Part shown: piece after piece, positions 46,478-54,293 of the stretch | Layout: every line of letters begins with the position of its first letter | Position numbering within the stretch: position 1 is the stretch's first letter | Source of the DNA: Candidatus Sericytochromatia bacterium | GTDB lineage: Bacteria; Cyanobacteriota; Sericytochromatia; S15B-MN24; UBA4093 | Reading direction: 5' to 3' | DNA: 54,293 bases | NCBI GenBank assembly: GCA_036676495.1 | Contig: JAKFCT010000023.1 | Span: 1-54,293 of the forward strand | Notes under the pieces: model-generated | The model's input: the letters and a program-made list of their open reading frames with translations, nothing else | Told to the model about the DNA's origin: nothing | Database searches by the model: none | Translations under genes and position numbers: made by a program

Positions 46478-47920
46478 TTGAGCCGAACGGGCCATGACAT
46501 CCACCTCGGACGCGGCGCGGCCTGGGCCGCTGCCCTCGCCCTCCTGGCGGCCACCACCGGGGCGGCCACGGTCTCGCCCTGGGCCGCCGGCCTCTTGGCC
46601 TCCGGGGCCGCGCTCGCCGCCATGATCCGCATGGGCCGCATGCATGCGCAGCTCCGGGCCACCCAGCTCGCCAGCCGCCTTCTGGCGCGCCATGCCTCCG
46701 AGGTCGCCACCGAGCTCATGGCCGCGCGCATGCAGCATGGGGAGTTCCGCTCCCGCCTCCAGGCCGTGATCAACAGCCTGGAAGCCCCGCTCTACCTCAC
46801 CGATCGCCACTTCCAGCTCGTCATGGCCAACAAGGCATGCTTTCGCTTCTACGGCCTTCCCTCCACCGCTCACCTCGACGAGCTGCGCCTGCGCATCGGG
46901 AGCCATGAGGACGCCTCCGGCCTCAGAGGCTTCATCGACCGGGCGGTGAGCAACCCGGACCGCTCGATCGTCGCGGCCATGACCCGCCCCTCGGGTGAGG
47001 ACTTCTACAAGGCTTACGGTGCTCCTATCCTGGTGGCCGGCAAGGCCGAAGGCCGGGTGGTCGTCTACCAGGACATGAGCCTCGAACAGCAATTCTCCCT
47101 GCGGGTCGAGGCGGAGGTGGCCCTCAAGACCCAGGTCTTGCAGCAGGCCCTCCAGGAGCTGCGGGAGCAGGATCAGGCGCGCGCGGCCTTCATCGCCAAC
47201 ATGAGCCATGAGCTCCGCACCCCCCTGCACTACCTCATGACCCATGCCTCCGCCCTGGAAGAGGGCCTCCTCGGCCCCCTCAACCCCAAGCAGGACGAGG
47301 CCCTCTCCAAGATCCTCGAGGGCATCGGCCGCCTGACGGACCTCATGAACGACGTCCTGGACCTCTCCAGGCTGGAGGCGCAGCGCATCGCCCTGGATCT
47401 CCAGCCCACCGATCCCCTGGAGCTCATCGCGGCCGCCATGGAGTTCCTTTGGGCCCAGGCCGAGAAGAAGGGAGTTCGCTTCTCGGTGCTGGCTCCGAGC
47501 GATCTCCCCCTGATCCGGGCGGACTTCGGCCGCATGCATCAAGTGCTCACCAACCTCTTGTCCAACGCCTTGAAGTTCACCCCTGCGGGAGGATCCGTCA
47601 CGGTCTCCGCGGCGGTCGAGGGGCGGGTGCTGCGGGTCGAAGTGGCCGATACCGGCATCGGCATCGCCGAGGTGCACCATGAAAAGCTTTTCGACCGCTT
47701 CTACATGGTGGACGATCCCGAGGCCCGGCGGGTACCGGGGACGGGCTTGGGCCTGGCCATCTGCCGTCAGCTCGTGGAACTGCATGGCGGCGTGATCGGC
47801 CTGGAGTCGGAGCCGGGCCGGGGCTCGCGCTTCAGCTTCTCGGTTCCGATCGTCCAGGAGCCCTCCGAGCCGGAGGGAAGGGCCGCGAACCGCGCGCCCA
47901 CCGGCTCGCTTGCCACGTAA
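46478..47920 (+). CDS. PAS-domain sensor histidine kinase (no adjacent response regulator)
   Basis: FIANMSHELRTPL H-box, QVLTNLLSNALKFT, DTGIGI, GTGLGLAIC; N-terminal hydrophobic segments. Confidence 0.92.
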   Translation: MSRTGHDIHLGRGAAWAAALALLAATTGAATVSPWAAGLLASGAALAAMIRMGRMHAQLRATQLASRLLARHASEVATELMAARMQHGEFRSRLQAVINSLEAPLYLTDRHFQLVMANKACFRFYGLPSTAHLDELRLRIGSHEDASGLRGFIDRAVSNPDRSIVAAMTRPSGEDFYKAYGAPILVAGKAEGRVVVYQDMSLEQQFSLRVEAEVALKTQVLQQALQELREQDQARAAFIANMSHELRTPLHYLMTHASALEEGLLGPLNPKQDEALSKILEGIGRLTDLMNDVLDLSRLEAQRIALDLQPTDPLELIAAAMEFLWAQAEKKGVRFSVLAPSDLPLIRADFGRMHQVLTNLLSNALKFTPAGGSVTVSAAVEGRVLRVEVADTGIGIAEVHHEKLFDRFYMVDDPEARRVPGTGLGLAICRQLVELHGGVIGLESEPGRGSRFSFSVPIVQEPSEPEGRAANRAPTGSLAT

Positions 47921-48006
47921 ACCTTCGTCGAGGTCGCCCAAGCCTTTTTCCCATCTTCGCCTTTCCTTTCGCCCCCCGCCGCTCTAGGCTGGGGGCGAGT
48001 CCGCGT

Positions 48007-48048
48007 GAGCGCCTGCGGCTGACTGGGGAGCGCCCGCGGCGGACGGGG
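48007..48048 (+). repeat. Two tandem 21-bp repeats carrying the AGCGCCYGCGGC core
   Basis: gagcgcctgcggctgactggg / gagcgcccgcggcggacgggg just upstream of the GT4 SD. Confidence 0.65.
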
Positions 48049-48068
48049 GAATCGAAAGGAAGCGACGC

Positions 48069-49262
48069 TTGGGCATGCTCGTGATGCCCGGGAAGCGAGT
48101 CCCGGGAACCCGAATCCGCATTCTTCAGGTGCTGGCGAGCGGCGCGGTGGGGGGAGGTACGACGCATCTCTTGAGCCTGGTGGGGGGGCTCGACCCCGCG
48201 CGCTTCGAGCTGCATGTCGCATGTTCCGATGACGGGCCGTTGCTCGAGGATCTCGCGCGTTTCGGCGTGCGGACGCACCGGGTGGCGATGACCCGGAAGC
48301 TCAACCTCACGGCGATCGCCCAGCTGGCGGCCATCATCCTGCGCGAGCGCATCGACCAGGTGCACTTCCACGGCACCCGCGCCGGCCTCGCCGCCTGCCC
48401 CGCGGCCATGCTCACCGGGCGTCCCCGCATCTACACGGTGCATGGCTGGTCCTTCCACCCGCGGGGCTCGGCCCTGCTCGAGTCGCTCGCGCGCATGCTG
48501 GAGCGCATGATCGCCGCGCGCGCTCAGCGGGTGATCTGCGTGGGAGGCTCCGATCGCAGCCTCGGCATGCGCCTGGGCATCCTCGACGAGGCCCGGAGCC
48601 GGGTGATTCCCAACGGCGTGCTGACGGAGGCCTTCATGCCGCGCCAGGAAGATCGCGTGGCCATGCGCGCGGAACTCGGCCTGCCGCCGGACTGCGTCCT
48701 GGTCTCCTTGTTCGGGCGCCTCACCGAGCAGAAGGGCCAGAAGACCTTCCTGGAGGCGGTCAGCCGCCTCTCGGGGCATCCGGCGCGCTTCATGCTGGTG
48801 GGAGACGGCGAGGACCGTGAGATGCTCGGCAGGTTCGTGCAGGATCGGGGCCTCGCGGATCGGGTGATCTTCATGGGCTTTCGTTCGGATGTGCCTAGGC
48901 TCCTGGCGGCCACCGACGTGGTGGTCTTGCCGAGCCTCTGGGAAGGGTTGCCGATTTGCCTCCTGGAGGCGATGGCCGCGGGCCGTCCGGTGATCGCCTC
49001 GGCGGTGGACGGGTCGGTGGAGGTGGTCGTGCCCGGTCAGACGGGTTTGCTGGTGCCTCCGGAGCATCCGGGGGCCCTCGCCGAGGCGATCGCCTTCCTG
49101 ATCGCGCATCCGCAGGTCCGCGAGCGTTTCGGGGCGCGGGGACAAGAAAGGGTCCGCCAGCGCTTCTCGCTGGCGGAGATGCTGCGAGCGACCGGGGACG
49201 TCTACCGGGAGCTTGCTAGAGGGCGAGCAATCGCCGAGAAGGGGGGCATGATCGATGTTTGA
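48069..49262 (+). CDS. GT4 glycosyltransferase
   Basis: GGGTTH, YTVHGW, IPNGV, GRLTEQKG, SLWEGLPICLLEAMAAG. Confidence 0.92.
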   Translation: MGMLVMPGKRVPGTRIRILQVLASGAVGGGTTHLLSLVGGLDPARFELHVACSDDGPLLEDLARFGVRTHRVAMTRKLNLTAIAQLAAIILRERIDQVHFHGTRAGLAACPAAMLTGRPRIYTVHGWSFHPRGSALLESLARMLERMIAARAQRVICVGGSDRSLGMRLGILDEARSRVIPNGVLTEAFMPRQEDRVAMRAELGLPPDCVLVSLFGRLTEQKGQKTFLEAVSRLSGHPARFMLVGDGEDREMLGRFVQDRGLADRVIFMGFRSDVPRLLAATDVVVLPSLWEGLPICLLEAMAAGRPVIASAVDGSVEVVVPGQTGLLVPPEHPGALAEAIAFLIAHPQVRERFGARGQERVRQRFSLAEMLRATGDVYRELARGRAIAEKGGMIDV

Positions 49263-50508
49263 GGGGGTCATGGGGCCTCTGAAGGCGGGAGCTGCCGTCG
49301 TTCAGGCCTTGCTGCTCTTCAACCTGGCCTACCTGCTCTTCGTCACCGCCGGGGCCCTCCTGGCCCAGCGGTTCCCCCGGCGGGTTTCGCGCTTCCACGA
49401 TCCCCGGCCGCAGCGCATGGCCATCCTGATCCCCGCGCACGACGAGGAAAAGGTGCTCGGGCCCTTGATCGACAGCCTCCTCGCTCAGCATTACCCCGAG
49501 CATTTCAGGACCTGCTTCGTGGTGGCGGACAACTGCCGGGACGGCACGGCCGCCGTGGCGCGCGCGCACGGGGCCGAGGTCTTCGAGCGCCAGGCCTCCG
49601 GAGCGAGCTCCAAGGGACAGGCGCTCGCCTGGCTCTGGCGTCAGCTCGCCGGGCGCCATGATCGCTTCGATGCGGTAGTCCTCCTGGATGCCGACAACCT
49701 GGCCGATCCGGGCTTTCTCGCGGCCCTCGACGCCCAGTTGGGGCGTGGAGCCGCCGTGGTGCAGGGCGTTCGCCGATCCAAGAACCCCGATCACAGTCCC
49801 GCGTCGGCGCTCGATTCGCTGGCGGAGGCGCTCAACCACCAGGTGGTGGCCGCAGGGCGCCATTTCTGGGGCCTCTCGGGCCTGCTTTCCGGCTCGGGCG
49901 TGGCGTTCCGGCGCGACGTCTTCGACCGTCTGGTCGGCCGGACCTCCACCCATGTGGAGGACTGCGAATGGCAACTCCAGCTCATGCGCGAGGGCACCGA
50001 GATCCGCTGGGCTCCCGAGGCCGTCATCTACGACGAGAAGATCTCCGACTTCTCGGACATGGCCAGCCAGCGGACCCGCTGGCTGCAAGGGAAGTTCGGG
50101 CTGGTCGCGAGCCAGTTCGTCCCCTTGCTCTGGAGTGCCATGCGCCGGAAGGGGCGATCGCTCGACGCCCTCTGCTACGTGCTGGCCATCCTGCCGCGCT
50201 CGGTCCTGCTGGTGGGCCTCCTGAGCGCGGGGATCCTGGGCTTCCTCTGGCCGCAAGGCTTTCTGCCGTGGCCGGTCTGGGCGATCGCCCTCTCGGGCTT
50301 CGTCGCCTACATCGTCGCCGGCCTCATGCTCGAACGCGCCAATGGCCGCATGATTTCGGCCCTGCTCTATTCCCCCTTCTTCATTCGCCACCTGCTCGTG
50401 GCCAGCCTGCGCGCCCTGGGCCGCCGAAAGGTCCACTGGGTGCCCACCCGCCACGACGTCGCCACCTCGATCAGCGATCTCGAGGGCAAGGGCCGGCCGA
50501 GCCCCTGA
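49255..50508 (+). CDS. GT2 processive-type membrane glycosyltransferase
   Basis: IPAHDEE, ADNC, KGQAL, DAD, VED, QRTRW motif, C-terminal TM helices. Confidence 0.9.
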   Translation: MFEGVMGPLKAGAAVVQALLLFNLAYLLFVTAGALLAQRFPRRVSRFHDPRPQRMAILIPAHDEEKVLGPLIDSLLAQHYPEHFRTCFVVADNCRDGTAAVARAHGAEVFERQASGASSKGQALAWLWRQLAGRHDRFDAVVLLDADNLADPGFLAALDAQLGRGAAVVQGVRRSKNPDHSPASALDSLAEALNHQVVAAGRHFWGLSGLLSGSGVAFRRDVFDRLVGRTSTHVEDCEWQLQLMREGTEIRWAPEAVIYDEKISDFSDMASQRTRWLQGKFGLVASQFVPLLWSAMRRKGRSLDALCYVLAILPRSVLLVGLLSAGILGFLWPQGFLPWPVWAIALSGFVAYIVAGLMLERANGRMISALLYSPFFIRHLLVASLRALGRRKVHWVPTRHDVATSISDLEGKGRPSP

Positions 50509-50603
50509 TCGGCATCGAGGGCCGGAGGCGTCCCCCTGGACGCTTCCGGCCCTCTTGCTGAGCCTTGCGGCCGCAAAGCGGCCCCGACGAGACGGCCCCG
50601 AGG

Positions 50604-51809
50604 CTAGACCAGGCCGTACGTCTTCATGATCGAGATGAGCTTGTCGCCGTACTTCGGATCCGTCGCGTAGATCCCGGTGATGTTCCGCGCGAAGAGGAAG
50701 GGATCCGGGTTCGTCTTGTAGGCGTTGATCGCCTTGTTGTAGTACCCGTTGTGGAAGCGCTTGCCGTGCTCGGAGACCGCCTCGTAGAAGTTGTGGTACT
50801 TCGCGAAGTTGGCGGTGATGGTGACGTCCTTGCCGTTGTAGTGCTCCCAGGTTTCCTTCGACACGGTGCCCGCAGGCCCCTTGCCCTTGATCCCGAAGAT
50901 GTTGTAGCCCGGAATGATGTGCTTGCCCCATCCCGTCTCGAGCGCCGCCTGGGCCAGGGTGACGGCGGCAGGGACTCCGTGCAGGCGCTCGGACTCCTCG
51001 GCGGCAGGACGCAGGATCTCGAAGAATCGCTTCTTGTCGGTTGCCCCGAGCTGGGTGAGCTGTGCCGGCGTCAGCTTCTTCAGGGCCTCGATCGCCGCGT
51101 CATGCGCCGAGGGCTTGGGCTCCGGCTTCGGCTCGGGTTTCGGTTCCGGCTTGGGCTCCGGCTTGGGTTCGGGCTTCGGCTCGGGCTTCGGGGCGGCCTG
51201 CGGGGGCTGGGGCTGGGGCTGGGGTTGAGGAGCGGGCTGCGGAGCCGTGACCCAATCGATTCCCAGAGGGTTCTGAGTGGCAGGCTGCTGGGTGAGCGGT
51301 TGCGGAGCGGCAACCCAATCCATGCCCAGCGGATTCGACTGGGGCGCGGGGAACGGTTGGAAATTGGCTTGCGGAGCGGGCTGGGCGACGATCGGCGCGC
51401 GCCTCCAGGGGAGCTGCCCCGCGAAGACAGCCATCATCGTCTGGAAGGCGGCCATGTCGAAGATGCCCGTTACCGGGAGGCCGTAATCCATCTGGAAGTA
51501 CTTGACCGACTCGATGGTGCCGTTGGCGTAGAGTTGGTCGGGTGCGCCCGCGAGATAGCCGAGCGACGCCAGGTGAGTCTGGAGGGCGGCGACCTGAGGG
51601 CCGTAGTGGCCGGGCAGGAAGCTGCCCGTTTGAGGCATCTGGAAGCCGTAAGTCCGCACGAAGGTATCGGCGGCCATGACGGGTGCCGCGGCGGGAACCG
51701 GGTAAGCTGCCGGAGGAGCCGCCGGTGCCGCGGGAGCCGCCGTCGGGGAGACGAGGGCCTGCAGGCGTTGCAAGATGCCGTTATAGCTCGTGTTGGCAGC
51801 GCTGGACAT
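50604..51809 (-). CDS. Peptidoglycan-binding domain + Pro-rich linker + GH73 glucosaminidase/muramidase
   Basis: GPQVAALQTHL..LGY..T..SVKYFQ..GL.VTG; (KPEP)n linker; AQAALETGWG, YNIFGIKG, YATDPKY. Confidence 0.88.
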   Translation of the reverse strand: MSSAANTSYNGILQRLQALVSPTAAPAAPAAPPAAYPVPAAAPVMAADTFVRTYGFQMPQTGSFLPGHYGPQVAALQTHLASLGYLAGAPDQLYANGTIESVKYFQMDYGLPVTGIFDMAAFQTMMAVFAGQLPWRRAPIVAQPAPQANFQPFPAPQSNPLGMDWVAAPQPLTQQPATQNPLGIDWVTAPQPAPQPQPQPQPPQAAPKPEPKPEPKPEPKPEPKPEPKPEPKPSAHDAAIEALKKLTPAQLTQLGATDKKRFFEILRPAAEESERLHGVPAAVTLAQAALETGWGKHIIPGYNIFGIKGKGPAGTVSKETWEHYNGKDVTITANFAKYHNFYEAVSEHGKRFHNGYYNKAINAYKTNPDPFLFARNITGIYATDPKYGDKLISIMKTYGLV

Positions 51810-51950
51810 CGTTTCTCTCCCCGGGAAAAGCTCTGGAGCTCATCCGCCCTCTGCGGGGCAGGAGCCACCCAAGGAGCATATCGCCCGGAGGCCGGGAGGA
51901 TCCGGTAAATGTCGGTTTAACAGTCGCTAAAGCATGGATTAAAGCTGTGG

Positions 51951-52577
51951 CTAGACGACCGCTTCGAGGATGCCGTCGACGTGGGAGAAGAGCTCGTTGG
52001 GCCCATGGGCGCGGAGGGATTCGGCCGTCGCGAAGCCCCAGGTCACGGCGCCGCAGGCGAGGTTTTCGCTTTTTGCCGCCATGATGTCACGCGTCTCATC
52101 CCCGATGCAGAGCGTTTCGTGGGGGGAGATCCCGGTTTTCGCGAGGATTTCCCTGAACTTTGCCTGCTTGCCGAAGAGGGAGACGCCGCAACCGAAGTAC
52201 GAGATGAGGGCGGCGTTCGAGGGGCCCAGGACGCGCAGCACGTTGGACTGGGAGTTCGAGCTGACCACGGCCAGGATGACCCCATCATCGGAGAGCCGTC
52301 GCAGGACGTCGCTCACCCCGTCGAAAAGCGAGATGTGGTGAATGTCCCCGGCCATCAGCTTGCGTACGTGCCGGGCGATCATGGGCATCTTCCACCAGGC
52401 CACGCCCAGGTGCTTCATCAGTTTCCGGGCGTCGTAGCCGCGCAGGGTATCGATCTCGTGATCGGCGATCTGCTTGAAGCGGTACTTGTCGGCGATCTGG
52501 TTGACGATGCCCACGAACCAGGGAAACGAATCGGCCAAGGTGCCGTCAAAGTCGAAGATGACGAGCTTGTACTTCAT
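51951..52577 (-). CDS. HAD-superfamily phosphatase
   Basis: FDFDGTLADS, VSSN, IGDETRD; ATG 52577 after GGAG. Confidence 0.9.
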   Translation of the reverse strand: MKYKLVIFDFDGTLADSFPWFVGIVNQIADKYRFKQIADHEIDTLRGYDARKLMKHLGVAWWKMPMIARHVRKLMAGDIHHISLFDGVSDVLRRLSDDGVILAVVSSNSQSNVLRVLGPSNAALISYFGCGVSLFGKQAKFREILAKTGISPHETLCIGDETRDIMAAKSENLACGAVTWGFATAESLRAHGPNELFSHVDGILEAVV

Positions 52578-52822
52578 GAGGGGACTCCCTTGCGCTACGG
52601 CGTTTCCATACGACTGCAAAGGATAGTTTTAACTTATTTGTACTCACTTGACCAGGGGGATCCTCCGAGACTTGCCCTGGCGAACGTGTGCCGGGCGCTG
52701 GCCGGCGCGGGATTCCGGCCAGTTCGGCCACAGCATGGCTATCCAAATCCAGGGGCAGGGAGAACCGCTTGGTTCTCCCTGCCCCTGGATGAAAATCGCT
52801 GCTCGTCAGCGGTTCGAAGGGA

Positions 52823-54292
52823 TTACCCCACCCACTCGACCCCGAGGGGGTTGGGGGCCTGAACGGCTGGCGCCTGAGCCGGGTACGGCGATGCGCTCGG
52901 GTAGGTGGCGGGTGCTGCCGGATAGGCTTGTGCCACCATCGGACCGCTCCAGCCGTTGGCCGTCGCCGGGTAGTAGGGTGAGGGAGCGGCCACCGTGGGG
53001 GACGCGACTTGCGGCATGGTTGCCTGAGGATAGGTGACCTGAGGGTAGGTCGTGGGCGCGTAGGCGGTCTGAGGGTACATCGCCTGGGGATAGGTCGGCT
53101 GTGCGTAAGCGGTCTGGGGATAGACGGGTGCCGTGACCGGCGGGTAAGCCGCCTGTTGCTGGGGGTAGGTCGTCGCAGTCTGGGGGTAGCTCACCGACGG
53201 ATAGGGCTGGTAGGCGATTTGAGGCAGGGGCTGATAGGCCACCGGCGGCATGGTCGGGGTGGTCACAGCAGGGGTCATGGCCTGGATCTGCGCCCAGACA
53301 GCCGAGGGAGCGACGCCGAGGAGCACGGGGGTCGACGGGGGCAATGCCGCCTGGGGGGCCGGTTGCGGAGCAGGTTGAGGCGCCGGCTGGGGCGCAGGCT
53401 GAGGCGCCGGTTGCGGGGTCGGCTGTGGTGCCGGCTGGGGTGCAGGTTGAGGGGCCGGCTCCGGCTTCGGCTCGGGTTTAGGCTCCGGCTTGGGCTCGGG
53501 TTTCGGTTCGGGCTTGGGCTCGGGCTTGGGTTCTTCGGCCTTGCCGGGCATCTTGAGCGTCATGCCGGCGTGGATCAGGTTGGGGTTGGAGCCGATGACG
53601 CCCTGGTTCAGGTCATAGATTTCGCGCCAGCGGTTCACGTCGCCCAGCACATCGCGGGCGATCTTGGAGAGCGAATCGCCTTTGCGCACGGTGTAGCTGC
53701 CGCCGGGTCCCGGATTGGGGGCGGGATTGGGAGCGGCGGCCGGGGCGGAGGACTTGCCGTTGATCTTGGCCTCGACACCACGGCGTACCCGTCCCCAGTC
53801 GAAGTTGTTGGAGGGATCGGACTTGCGGCCCCGGGGCAGTGCGACGTCCTTGTGGCCCGTGAGGCGATCCATGGGGACGCCATGCGCCTGCACGAGGTAA
53901 GCGACGAGATCGATGATCGCATCGTACTGCTTATCGGTGTAGGGGTCGGAGCCGTTGCCCAGGTTGACGATCTCGATGCCGATCGAGAAGTCGTTGACGT
54001 CGCCCTTGCCCTTGAACTCGGAGGTGCCGGCATGCCAGGCGCGCTTGGAGTCGGGGACCGACTGCACGATGGCGCCGTCCTTGCCGATCGTGTAGTGGGC
54101 GCTCACCTCGGCGGCGGGATTCTGGAAGAAGCTGCCGACGTTCTGGGCGCTGCCACCGGTCGCCGTGTGATGCAGGACGATCGTGTCGATGTCCGTGCCC
54201 GCCGGACGCGAGTTGTAGTTCGGCGAGGGCATCGAGATGACCCGCGGCTTGGCGATGCCGCCCGCCAGGACCGACTGGACCTCGGGGACGTG
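52823..54292 (-). CDS. AmpD-type amidase (Amidase_2) + LysM + Pro/Gln/Tyr low-complexity tail; 5' end outside window
   Basis: IVLHHT, VSAHY, AWHAG, SIGIE, GHKDV..RKSDP; LysM YTVRKGDSLSKIA..NPNLI; (KPEP)n, (PQPA)n, YPQ repeats; frame open to the window edge. Confidence 0.88.
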   Translation of the reverse strand, partial: HVPEVQSVLAGGIAKPRVISMPSPNYNSRPAGTDIDTIVLHHTATGGSAQNVGSFFQNPAAEVSAHYTIGKDGAIVQSVPDSKRAWHAGTSEFKGKGDVNDFSIGIEIVNLGNGSDPYTDKQYDAIIDLVAYLVQAHGVPMDRLTGHKDVALPRGRKSDPSNNFDWGRVRRGVEAKINGKSSAPAAAPNPAPNPGPGGSYTVRKGDSLSKIARDVLGDVNRWREIYDLNQGVIGSNPNLIHAGMTLKMPGKAEEPKPEPKPEPKPEPKPEPKPEPKPEPAPQPAPQPAPQPTPQPAPQPAPQPAPQPAPQPAPQAALPPSTPVLLGVAPSAVWAQIQAMTPAVTTPTMPPVAYQPLPQIAYQPYPSVSYPQTATTYPQQQAAYPPVTAPVYPQTAYAQPTYPQAMYPQTAYAPTTYPQVTYPQATMPQVASPTVAAPSPYYPATANGWSGPMVAQAYPAAPATYPSASPYPAQAPAVQAPNPLGVEWVG

Positions 54293-54293
54293 A

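Overview
High-GC bacterial chromosomal segment (roughly 67-69% GC by eye) with about 50 genes. I found no rRNA, tRNA, CRISPR array, transposase or integrase. Contents: cell-wall remodelling enzymes (AMIN-amidase + GerMN, M23 peptidase + CtpA, a GH73 hydrolase, an AmpD/LysM amidase), yebC, HU, a degenerate EF-G paralogue, four glycosyltransferases, gpx, USP, a divergent RibD, a globin-coupled chemoreceptor, uvrC, recN, cyclophilin, BON and PRC proteins, a glycogen-debranching enzyme and a PAS histidine kinase. There is also a Firmicutes-style flagellar cluster (flgF-flgG-flgJ-yvyF-flgM-flgN-flgK-flgL-fliW-csrA, flhF-flhG) with two sigma-28 promoters. Gene repertoire and HIP1 (GCGATCGC) enrichment suggest a non-photosynthetic Cyanobacteriota relative such as Sericytochromatia; this is inference only. 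Best novelty candidates: (1) an unassigned structured leader element, present as a 4 x 59-bp array forming the whole predicted 5' UTR of a small unknown gene and again in the flhF and flgG leaders, with a 12-bp core (AGCGCCNGNGGC) in several other intergenic regions; (2) a chromosomal ParM-like actin + coiled-coil pair and a soluble RodZ-HTH/DivIVA-like fusion that bracket the flagellar cluster; (3) yebC starting at a non-canonical ATC codon. All calls come from reading motifs by eye; no searches or folding programs were run.
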